From: Octopus sinensis
Lineage: Eukaryota
Reading direction: 5' to 3'
Assembly: GCF_006345805.1 (NCBI RefSeq)
Contig: NC_043004.1
Location: 14,446,001-14,510,000 of the forward strand
Length of the DNA: 64,000 nucleotides
The number at the start of each line of letters is the position of its first letter. The first letter of the stretch is position 1. The position numbers were made by a program, and so were the translations under genes. This document shows positions 12,611-23,109 of the stretch, piece by piece. The notes below the pieces were generated by a model. The model saw only the letters and a list, made by a program, of their open reading frames with translations, ran no database searches and had not been told where the DNA came from.

Positions 12611-12842
12611 TATTTCTTTATTACCCACAAGGGGCTAAACATAGAGGGGACAAACAAGGACAGACATAGGTATTAAGTCGATTACATCGACCCCAGTGCG
12701 TAACTGCTACTTAATTTATCGACCCCGAAAGGATGAAAGGCAAAGTCGACCTTGGCGGAATTTGAACTCACAACGTAACGGCAGACGAAATACCGCTAAG
12801 CATTTCGCCCGGCGTGCTAACGTTTCTGCCAGCTCGTCGCCT
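12611..12842 (-). mobile_element. SINE family A, well-preserved full-length copy
   Basis: Minus strand: GGCGACGAGCTGGCAGAAACGTTAGCACGCCGGGCGAAATGCTTAGCGGTATTTCG...GAGTTCAAATTCCGCC (A/B boxes), core AGGTCGACTTTGCCTTTCATCCTTTCGGGGTCGATAAA, tail ending GAAATA. Confidence 0.95.
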
Positions 12843-13639
12843 TACCAAGATTCTCTGCCCGCCCACCATGAGTCTCTCTCCATCACAGACATCGGTCTCC
12901 ATTGCAAACTAAAAAACAAAAAGGACAAGGGGAAATTTGTTCAAAAGAAACCGTTTAAGGCAATGCCCCCAGCATGGCTGCAGTCCAATGTCTGACACAA
13001 ACAAAGACATTATAACACCAGAGCTTGAGTCGTCACTATTAAACCCTACAATCTTCGACCGACTTACCACTTTCATCTACCGCTTCTTGAATACTTGTTA
13101 AATTCAAAAACAACACTCAATTCATAGTATACCGAACAACTAAGACTTCTATTGTTTCTCGTTATCTATCGTTCTATCGCTTCCCAGCGATAATATATAA
13201 TAATAATAATAAAACAGACAATAAAACCGCCTTATCGTTATATACAGCAATGCTGGAGAAACATTAATTGCTTAGAGAAGTCTACTTATCATACAAGGCA
13301 AGAAAGTTACATATCTTTGGCCTGATGTGGCGAGATAGCAACAATGAGGTTTTTCAAATTAAAAGTGGTTTGACATGATATTGTTTATTTATTGGAATTA
13401 TTTCCACACCAATTTCTTTGCAACAAAATACCATTTAATCACGCTATTCGGTGGATATATGTTGCTCAAGTGTGTGTGTGAGTGTGTGGGAGTGTCTGAG
13501 AATGTATTTATGTATGTGTGCGTGTAAGTGTGCGTAGGCGTGTGTGTGACTGTGTGTGGGTGTGCGTGTGTGTATGAGTATATGCTTGTGCGTACGTTTC
13601 TTGCCTGTGGGTACGATGTACATTTGTATGGAGATAAAT

Positions 13640-13645
13640 GTGGGC

Positions 13646-13712
<67 letters not shown>

Positions 13713-13745
13713 TACATACATACATACATACATACATACATAAAT
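13640..13745. repeat. Compound (AT)n(AG)n(ACAT)n microsatellite
   Basis: Directly visible. Confidence 0.95.
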
Positions 13746-14429
13746 ATGTGTGTGTATGAATATATGTACATATATGTATATAATTGTGTGCATACACACA
13801 TGTATGTGATTATATGCACATATAGATATATATATATATATACATACATATATATATATACATAGATATACGCATACACACACTCATACATATATGCATG
13901 TATGTTTGTATAGTCTATACGCGCATACACATGTAAAATATTTGAAAACATAGCTGGCACTGCGGGAGTTCTTCATTAGTTGTCGATTGAAGATCTCAAA
14001 ATTTTGACATATTCCAAGATAAATGCTCATTCCAGCTGCGCCCAAACAGCATCGAAGCTATAAAGAAGCAATACTTTTTTTCAGTGGCCACTTTATACAC
14101 ATTACAGCTTCAATCATCCTAACCATGGGGCAACAATTTTTCTATACTCACCGTAGATATATAACTTGCTCTCAGCCCTCTTATGCATCCCGTTTTTGTC
14201 ATACGAATAATAAAGGATTTCTACGATTCTAGTTCAGATGAGGGTATTATCGGTTTGGCAACCAATAAATAGCAATTGGACATATCGTACTCGTGCTTCA
14301 CACGATCCCTTAGTCATTATATGTACTAGGCGTTTCCTTTAATGACTAATATGCATTTGTGGACGTCTGAGAATGTCTAGTGGACTTGTTTGTATGCATT
14401 ATACATACATACATACATACATACATACA

Positions 14430-14465
<36 letters not shown>

Positions 14466-14739
14466 TGTCACGGCTGCATCCACGTTGCACGAGAAAAGCC
14501 ATTGCCAAGAAGACTTACTGAAATGATTCATGATTGTTGCCATGTGATGTTCTTATATAACTTTTAAGCCCAGCCAAGCTTTTACATATTTTATTACATA
14601 CTAGACAAATGTGCTGGCTGGCAGGAGAAACAGGTGCCACCATATCCACTCTCTTGACATGTCTTTTTAGACCTCCAGCTGGGAGGCACACCCTTCCACA
14701 TTTTACACATTTTCTATTGTGAATTTAAATAGCCACATC

Positions 14740-15452
14740 ATTGTTTATCATGGGTGAATTTCTGTAAGAATTATGATGGCTCACCAGGCCTGCACGACTC
14801 AAATATCCCCGCCCAGAAACCACACATAAAAAGCAACATACTCTCACTTTCCACAGGTTCCCCCCTTCTAAGCTCCCTCTAATGCTCTCATACTTCGCTC
14901 TCTCCCTCTCAAACCGGTGAACAACCTTCATGCACTATCTTCCTCCATCCTTCGCGGTCATGTGCCTCCCTCTCCCAATCACCAGCTGCAATTCCTGTCT
15001 GTATTAGAGCATTTTTAAGGCAATCCGTAAACCTTAGTTTATGCGCTGGTCTCCTGCCATATTCCAGCTCACCATACTGCTTGGGCAGTTGCTCATCACT
15101 CATCCTTACCAAATGTTCCCCCACCTCAAACATCTTTGCAAAATCATTGACTCTATACGTCTACTGCCACTCCTCTCAAGCACCTACTCATTACTAATGG
15201 CAATTTTCCAGTTTATACCCCAAATTTTTCTCAGACAGTATTGATGAAATCGTTCCAATTGCCTTACCTGCCTACTCTAAACAACCCATGCCTCACTTCC
15301 ATATATCAAAGATGGGAGGTCGCATGTGTCATACACCTTAACTTTAATTTGTGAAGATATATTATGTTGTTTCCACAGACGCTATCAAGTCTACCAAATC
15401 ACTACTAGTCCTGCTGATTCTGTATGGAATTTCATTCTCAAGACCAGCAGTG
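14740..15452 (-). mobile_element. RTE-clade LINE, 3' remnant
   Basis: Across frameshifts: LENEIPYRISR...LPSLIYGSEAW...LERFHQYCLRKIWGINW...RWGEHLVRMSDEQLPKQ.YGELEYG...WEREAHDREGWRKIVHEG...FERER...CxxSGRxYLSRAGLVSH. This is the RTE/BovB-like C-terminus. Confidence 0.9.
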
Positions 15453-15569
15453 CTCAATGTAGATACATACATATATACATAGATAGAGAGATAAGTACAT
15501 ATGTATAGTTGTGTGTGTGTGTATATATATATATATATAATTCTATGTTTATCTACGTTCTTGTCCCGT

Positions 15570-15600
<31 letters not shown>

Positions 15601-16064
15601 CATGCATGCATTCATACGTATGTATGTAAGCATGCATACACACATACATACGTATGTATGTCTGCATGTATGTAGGAAATATTGATGAAAAAGTCGAAAA
15701 ATGCAATTACAGCATACGCACTGTTTAGAGTATAAATATTCTAATCCCGTAAGCTTAAACCATTAATGGAAAAACCGAACTCCTCGTCCAACAATAACAC
15801 GTTACTTTAGTAGCTATAATGGAATGAAAACACTAACACCAATGGCAGAAGGATGCATATCACCGTTGAGTAGCTTAGTCTGGATTTAATATCATACGAG
15901 TTTGAAGCATGTTTTTAAAACAAAAGTACTTATGATTTTTTACGGCAATGGGAGCAGGACAGCAAAAATAGTCATACGCAGATGCAGGCATAGGTATTCT
16001 CACATATACTGGTATGGCAAGAAATAAATAAGTATACATATATATGTATGTATGTGCATATATA

Positions 16065-16270
16065 TCTATTATATAAAATCCGTTCTGTCTGTCTATGTGT
16101 GCGCCTTCTAGGATCTCGGGCATCCTCCATCCGATTGCGTTCAAATTTGATATGTAGATACCGACGATATCAGAGCGTGTATAAGTTTTGAAAAAATTAC
16201 AAATATCAATTCCAGGTGAGAATGCGATCGATAAAGCCGTGGGAAATCGTTTTTCTTTGGGATAGAAAAG
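16065..16270 (+). mobile_element. Probable non-autonomous Helitron 5' end
   Basis: A|TCTATTATATAAAATCCG...TGTCTGTCTATGTG...CCATCCGATTGCGTTCAAATTTGATATGTAG has the style of invertebrate Helitron 5' termini and resembles 60619. No 3' hairpin identified. Confidence 0.5.
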
Positions 16271-16399
16271 AAGTCTATCTTTATTTCTTCTTATGCTGGT
16301 GTCTCAAATTTAGGTTAAATCAGTGTTGCTCAAATGGGAGACATATAGGACGGTCGGACAAGTTGTTTTGAGAAAATCTGGTTTAAATATTTGACAACT

Positions 16400-17385
16400 C
16401 AGCACCGTTCATTGGACGTGGGGCGTTTTGCTCGTATATATTTGCTCATCAGATAATTGATTATATTGCTGAAGAGATCGGGAGCGGCCATACATCTCTG
16501 AATGACTCCGCTGTTGATAGAGAAACAATGAGAGTCCTTCCCGCTCATCCGCTCGCAGCTCCCCCCCTCTCTCTCTCTCTCCCTCTGATGCTTCTCTGCT
16601 TTCTTGCTGCAGACGATTTTATAAGAAGGGGAGGATGATGCCCCGGGTCCAGTCATTTGAGAGCTACTTTGACACTCGTACATAACTGATCATTAAGGCG
16701 ATCCACTGAATCATATTTTCTCCACCCACCTTCAAAATTACTGCGGGGATACCGCAGATTCCATGTTGGCATCGACATCGTATACTTTGTCAGCTTCTCC
16801 GTCAATCTAGGCTCCATAGTTAACAACAAGGAAAATCTGACCCCGGAGATAAATTGCTGACTTGGTCTGGCTGTTAGGGTCATGTTCTCATTATAGAAGC
16901 TCCTTTGGCGTCTCTGCTCCATCTCCCGGATATACAAAACGTAAGTTCTCTCCGTTATTTATGGGGAGGAAACTTGATCCTTCACGAAAACCGTTGCAAA
17001 GATGATCGACGGCTTCAGTAGCAGAGCTCCGAGAACCATACAGAACACCAGATGGTACCATCACGTTTCCAACGAAGAGCTACGTGCGTGTATGCATCAG
17101 CCTATAGCCTTCCACCTCATAGCCATCAACTGCATGATCTGGTACAGACATGTCCTCCACTTTCTGCGAGTTCATACCACCTGGGCCTAACTCTCCTTCT
17201 ACGTAAAGCTGCAGGCTGGTAGAGGGCCTGTTGCAAGCTTCAAACCGGGTGGCCGGACGTGATTAAGGAAGATATCCACAGGGCCAACATTATTTTGGAA
17301 GATGCAGAAGGAATGGGGACGATGCGGGGCACCGGTGGACCTGATCGGCTCTACGCACGGTGACGCTGACCTGAGATGACCCTAA
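16400..17385 (+). mobile_element. RTE-type LINE remnant with inverted 5' segment
   Basis: Minus strand 16762->16400: GICGIPAVILKVGGENMIQW...NDWTRGIILPF...CFSINSGVIQRCMAAPDLFSNIINYLM (RT N-half). Plus strand from 16763: HVGIDIV...VNLGS...VIYGEET*...WYHHVSNEELR...TRWPDVIKEDI (RT C-half and tail). Confidence 0.85.
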
Positions 17386-18413
17386 CCCCAACTAGCAAGA
17401 GAATGAGCAGAGCAGACAATGAGCAGAGCAAGAGCATGAACAGAGAAGAGCAGAGAGCAGGAGAGCAGGGCATGGCCAGAACATATATATAATGCATACC
17501 TAAATATATACATACATATGTACATGTACACAAACATACTTACATATACATGAATATAAATATTTATGTGATGTTTGTCTGTATGTATGTATATATGTAG
17601 AAAATAAATATGAGTATAAGCACATATGTATTTATTACCCCTTACTTACACACAAACACACTCATATAAGTAAGCAGCAGTCACATTTGCAATCACGTAA
17701 TTGTTCACACATATATACGTGCACTTACATGACTTAAAAATCATATTAAGCCATCGTCGAAATGCATGATGTTTTACATTTGCTTAAAATCAAATAAATT
17801 TAGAATAAATTCCATTGAAATATAGTAGATGAAAATGTGGCGTATGGTGCAAAAGCATTTAAGAATGAATACCAAATTGTGTAACAGAAATTAAGAACAG
17901 AAATAATGCGGTGAGGGGAAATAGTAATACCAAATCCATTACTATTTTGAAATCAAAAAATTCGGTGTAATCCCACATGGAAATGGTACAGAGTAGAATT
18001 AACTGATAATCGTAAATGTAGTGTACTGTCACTGTTCTTATAGTTTGTATTAAACAGGTCTGGCATTCACATGTGCGCTTATTCTCTTATTCTATTATAC
18101 TTGTACTTGTTTTACTCATCAAATTACAGCTGTACTAGGGTGCCACCTTGTAGGGTTTCGTTGAACAAATCGACCCTAGTGCTTTTTATTTTAAGCACGG
18201 TTCTTATGCTTTTCGTTCCCTTACGCTGATAATATGTTAGAAGGGCGTAAACAAAGCAAATCTTGTTGCCAGTTAGTGATTCGGGACAAACACAAAAACA
18301 AAGAAACTTTCACATAGATACAAATACATACATAGGTGCGTATATACGTACATATATATATATAGGCGTGTATGCTTATACATATATGTATATATGTATA
18401 TATATATACATAT

Positions 18414-18451
<38 letters not shown>

Positions 18452-18460
18452 ACACAAATA

Positions 18461-18666
18461 CAGTTATCTCTCGCCATATCGCGGTTCAACTATCGCGGTT
18501 TATTATTTAAGCCTACGTCGATACCTCTATGGTGTTGTTTTGCATTTATAGTGAAATAGATATATACAATTTACAAAACTAATTTTAAGAATATACAGTA
18601 CTGTACTGTTTCTACTTCACGGATCTTCACCTATCGCGGGGGTTTTTGAACTTAACACCCGTGATA
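18461..18666 (+). mobile_element. Tc1/pogo (Tigger-like) MITE, right end lost in (ACAT)n
   Basis: TA|CAGTTATCTCTCGCCATATCGCGGTTCAACTATCGCGG terminus and a second ACCTATCGCGGG motif near the other end. Confidence 0.65.
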
Positions 18667-18775
18667 GTCAATACATACATACATACATACATACATACAT
18701 ACATACATACATACATACATCTATATACATACATCTATATACATATATATATATTGATGTATATATATATATATA

Positions 18776-20018
18776 CAGGGTGTCCCAAAAAATGTATACA
18801 CACTTTAGCAGCTGATAACTCAATTGATATTTTTTTCTTTCCAGATGAAACCTATAGGATTTAATGATGGCAGTCAGATTAAGCTTTGAACAAAGAAAAT
18901 TCATTCTAAAATGATACTGGAAGTGTGAAAATGCAGCTGAAGTACAAAAACAGTTGGGGAGGGAGTTTCAAACAGATCCACCAATGCAACTCCCTATCAC
19001 TTGAATTAGAGATAAGTTTGAAGCTGATGGAACTGTTCAGAATGTCCACGATAAGCATTCCAGAAGACCCCGAACATCAACAACCCCAACAAATCAAGGA
19101 GTACTGGAAATGAATCACCAAAGTCCAATAAAATCTGTGCGGCAAAGCGAGTCATGAGGTAGGTATTCCAAAATCATCTGTCCAATGCATTTTGAAGCAT
19201 TGTCAATGGAACAGTTACATTCCAAGATTAGTCCATGCTATTAATGATGATGATCCAGACGAAAGAGTGCAGCATTGCGAGTGGTACTTGGAACGATGTG
19301 TAGAAGCTGCACACTTTCCAACAAAGATTGTGTGGAGTGATGAAGCCACATTCAAATTAAATGGTTCAATTAACTGCCACAATTGCACCTACTGGGGTCC
19401 TGAGAATCTGCATGTTATGGTAAAACACCATGTTAATTTGATATTTGTGTGGTGTGGTTTATCATCAAGAGAATTAATTGGACCATTCTTTTGTTATGCT
19501 ACTGTGACTGGTCCCGTTTACTTGAACTTGTTTCAACAGTCTGTTATGCCAAGCATTAGAGAAGACTTTGAAGATGAGGAGTTTTATTTTCAACAAGATG
19601 GGGCACCCCCACACTACCATTGCTATGTTAGATCCTTCCTTGATGAGATCATGCTAAACAGGTGGATTGGAGGAAGAGGTATGGTTGAATTCACCAGACC
19701 TCACACCACTAGACTTTTTTATGGGGATACCTTAAAGACAAATTCTACGCTATGAAACATACAAGTCGCTGATTTGAGAGCAGCCATTGGACGAGAGTGC
19801 ACACAAATACCAAACAAATTCTTTTGTGATATTTGTGATTCCATTCCTTTGCGTTGTCAGCAGTGCCTGGACCAGACCGGACATCAGTTTGAAAACAGGC
19901 ATTGAGAAAACAATAAAATAATGTCTGTAGATTCTATTAAATTTTGAAAATGAAGTGTCTTTTAATAAACAACTACTTTACAATTGTTTAAAGTGTGCAT
20001 ACATTTTTGGGGGAGACA

Positions 20019-20021
<3 letters not shown>
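18776..20021 (+). mobile_element. Complete Tc1/mariner-superfamily transposon (DD41D rosa/VS-like), 1246 bp
   Basis: TIRs CAGGGTGTCCCAAAAAATGTATACACACTTTA and TAAAGTGTGCATACATTTTTGGGGGAGACACTG, with TA on both sides within (TA)n. Confidence 0.93.
18867..19905 (+). pseudogene. Disrupted DD41D-type transposase
   Basis: MAVRLSFEQRKFILK*YWKCEN...[13 protein letters not shown]...VWCGLS...IGPFF...[10 protein letters not shown]...[23 protein letters not shown]...GHQFENRH*. There are 112 nt between the 2nd and 3rd catalytic D; restoring an 11 nt deletion at the missing (W/Y)PPR gives 41 codons. Contains stops and frameshifts. Confidence 0.88.
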
Positions 20022-20072
<51 letters not shown>

Positions 20073-20084
20073 ATATCTGCACAA

Positions 20085-20455
20085 CGGGGAGGGGGAAGTC
20101 TATTAGATCACCCTCAGTATGTAGCTGGTACTTAATTTATCGTTCGAAAGGATGAAAGGCAAAGTCGACCTCGGCGGAATTTGAACTCAGAACGCGAAAG
20201 ACAGACGAAATCCCTGTTTCTTTACTACCCACAAGGGGCTAAACACAGGAGCTAAACACAGAAGAGACAAACAAGGACAGACAAACGGATTAAGTCGATT
20301 ATATCGACCCTAGTGCATAACTGGTACTTAATTTATTGACCCCGAAAGGATTAAAGGCAAAGTCGACCTCGGTGGAATTTGAACTCAGAATGTAACGACA
20401 GGTGAAATGCCGCTAAGCATTTCGCCCGGCGTGCTCACAGTTCTGCCAGCTCGCC
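20085..20455 (-). mobile_element. SINE family A head-to-tail dimer
   Basis: Two cores (20140-20200, 20340-20390); a complete head only on the right unit; junction GAAATCCCTGTTTC at 20207-20220. Confidence 0.9.
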
Positions 20456-20858
20456 AGCTTCAAATGAGTATTAATAACACGGCACATTTGTGACAAAATT
20501 ATTGTCTCACTTAATTGTTCACTGTTTTCTACTAATGTATAAATATTTATAAGAAGGCTAATACTACTTGACGCATTTTTATAACGTCATTAATATTTCC
20601 TATTGCTTAGCATTATAATATTTCTTCATATCACTCTATTCGATTTCAAATCCTGCTGAGGGTAAGTTAATTTTGATATAATACAGTCGATTTTGATATA
20701 ATAAGTAGTAGACAAGTACAAGAATTGAATTAATCAACTAAACAACGTTACTTATAGAAAATAAGATAATATTATTTAGAAAATCGATGACAGAACCGGT
20801 AGAATACCAGCCGAAAATATTAGCCATATTTTGTTATGTAATTTTATGTCTTAGTTTA

Positions 20859-21078
20859 CGAGTGGGTGCTGAAATGTTCCTGGCTTTAAGGGTGTTACGA
20901 AAGGCATGGCTGGAGCCCCAAACCTCCGAAATGTTTTACAAGGGTTAGAAAACTGAAGGAAGGCTGCAATGATTGTGGGAAGCTGCGAGGGGAATATGTT
21001 GAATAAATCATAATAAACTAATCCCCCTGAATTTTTTTTTTTTTTTACCTAAAGTCAGGAACTTTTCAGCATCTCATC
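20859..21078 (+). mobile_element. Mariner-derived MITE
   Basis: TA|CGAGTGGGTGCTGAAATGTTCCTGGCTTTA and TAAAGTCAGGAACTTTTCAGCATCTC form imperfect TIRs; internal ...GEYVE* mariner C-terminus. Confidence 0.75.
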
Positions 21079-21349
21079 TTAAGACTCTCAATGCTAGTTT
21101 GAGACATTTATTATAACAAGGAGCACGGAAGTATTGGTTTTGATAAAAAAAAGACTGCAGAAATAAATCAATATTTATGGCTTGCAGCTATACTAAAAAC
21201 CCAAGTTGACGTACGTTGATGTGGATCGGGAATTTCAGTTCGAGTGGGCAATAATGATAAAATTGTTTAAGAGATGATCCAGAGTGTATTTTTATTGTAG
21301 TCATATGAAATATATTTCATATATAATATGATGAGAATTTACAAAAAAA

Positions 21350-21515
21350 CGAAGACCCAAGACGAACACGGGTGTGTAGACAACAAACCGATGTTTAACG
21401 CTCTGGAAGTGAGAAAGTCATTTACGTTTCGCGCCAACGCTCTTCGACAGAAAGGAACACAGAAATAAACAGGGAGAGAAAATAGAAAAAGGTATAGTGG
21501 CTAGCGACCCGTCAT
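21350..21515 (-). mobile_element. Solo pseudo-LTR fragment of the PLE family at 23.1-25.4 kb
   Basis: Aligns with 24845-25010 (GACG..ACGGGTGTGT.ACAA...GAGAAAGT..TTTACGTTTCG.GCC..GCTCTTC.ACAGAA.GGAA). Confidence 0.8.
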
Positions 21516-22155
21516 TTAGTGCAATTAAATATCTGTGAACTGCTCCGCATATAAGTATTATAAATTTTCTACCTAAAATTTGGGTAGTTCCTATGAGACA
21601 GTGTGGGAGACATAACCGCCAACACTCCGTTTAACAGTTTCCATATCTGCTGAGTAAGCTTAAAAACCATGTCTCCGCTCCCATGATATTAGTGCAACGT
21701 AGTCTACACAAAACTATGCAATCGCATCTCATTTATTCTTGTGACGCATATTGTTCTTGTTGGTTAATGCAAAATAGCATACCACATTTAGAATCGGCAT
21801 GCATAAATCGATATTTTTTCCTTCGAGAACGAGTATGGAAAACGTCACTCTAAATTGATGTGACGCGTGAATTACAGCAAGCATTCCAAAATTATGTTTT
21901 AAAGGTGTGAATTGAATTTCATTGAAATTACACATTGACATCATTCATTTATCCTATTTTGACGCGTCGGTACAGACAGCCATTGATTTATAGAATTTGC
22001 GAAGAAAGGTAAATGTAACAAGCACAATTATCAGCAAAAGAATTATTGAGAACAACGCAAGTTTTATAGTTTTCTTGCCGACGATTACATTCTTCACCAA
22101 CATGAAGTAGTGAAGGCTACACACAATCACTATTGTATATTCACAGTGTATGACC

Positions 22156-22186
<31 letters not shown>

Positions 22187-22354
22187 ATATATATATATAT
22201 GTATGTATATGTATATATTTGTGTGTGCGTGTGTGTGTTTGTGTACGTGTATGCTTGGGCGTGTGCGTCAGCGCGTGTATATATATGTGATTGCGTTTCT
22301 GTGTGTATGTTTATACATGCATGCATATACATAAATGTACTTATGTATTATGTA

Positions 22355-22398
<44 letters not shown>

Positions 22399-22423
22399 AT
22401 ATATTATATATATAGGTTATAAA

Positions 22424-23049
22424 ATGAGATAGGGGTTGAAAATTCAACCCACCATGGGATAATATATATCCAATATACTGCCAGATAGGTACCCAACAAG
22501 ACTAATACATAGATGTTAAAAATTGTCAAACAATCAGTTCATCTATTGTATTATATGGGTAAAGGTAATAATATTACCGTAAATTAATACTACAAAATTA
22601 GAGAATGGAGAAACATACTTAAATCAATAAAACATCAACTATCAGATGATACTCAATCAATACTTTAATACACCATTACATATCGGTAAAGGCACTATAT
22701 AAAATATACAGTAAGAGTAAATAGACAAAGAGATATAAGTAAAAAATTTTCAAATATAATATGTAATTAAATCAAATCTGACAGCTGTTTCGGCAGTGAG
22801 GGCAGTCATACCTCATTTAACCTATAAGCCATAAAGGCAGGTATAAATGAGGCATTAACAAGGATGTCCCACGGCCTCTTCAGAGAATTAAATTAAATTT
22901 GTTATAATTGTGAAAAATATTATTAACCATATACATATAAATATAAAAATATAAAAAAATGTAAAATATAAAAAAAACTTATACTGAGTATCATCTGATA
23001 GTTGATGTTTTATTGATTTAAGTATGTTTCTCCATTCTCTAATTTTGTA
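22424..23049 (-). mobile_element. Solo PLE pseudo-LTR / retrozyme-like element with an inverted 5' duplication
   Basis: Contains a canonical hammerhead; 22591-22655 is the exact reverse complement of 22985-23049; flanked by (TA)n on both sides; no coding remnant. Left boundary is approximate. Confidence 0.7.
22774..22889 (-). ncRNA. Type I hammerhead ribozyme, canonical core, long branched helix II
   Basis: Minus strand: AATTCT-CTGAAGA-GGCCGTGGG...CCTCATTTATACCT...AGGTTAAATGAGG...CTCACTGCC-GAAA-CAGCTG-TC|AGATTT. Core CUGAAGA/GAAA, palindromic helix III ACAGCUGU, GUC triplet, helix I UCU/AGA. Confidence 0.85.
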
Positions 23050-23109
23050 TTTATATATATATATATATATATATATTCATACATACATAATACATAAGTA
23101 CATGTATGT

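Noticed and set aside
12770-12842. tRNA-like sequences with A/B boxes (also at 42077, 53435, 54800)
   Set aside because: They are SINE heads: each continues into a shared SINE body and lacks a clean cloverleaf and 3' end.
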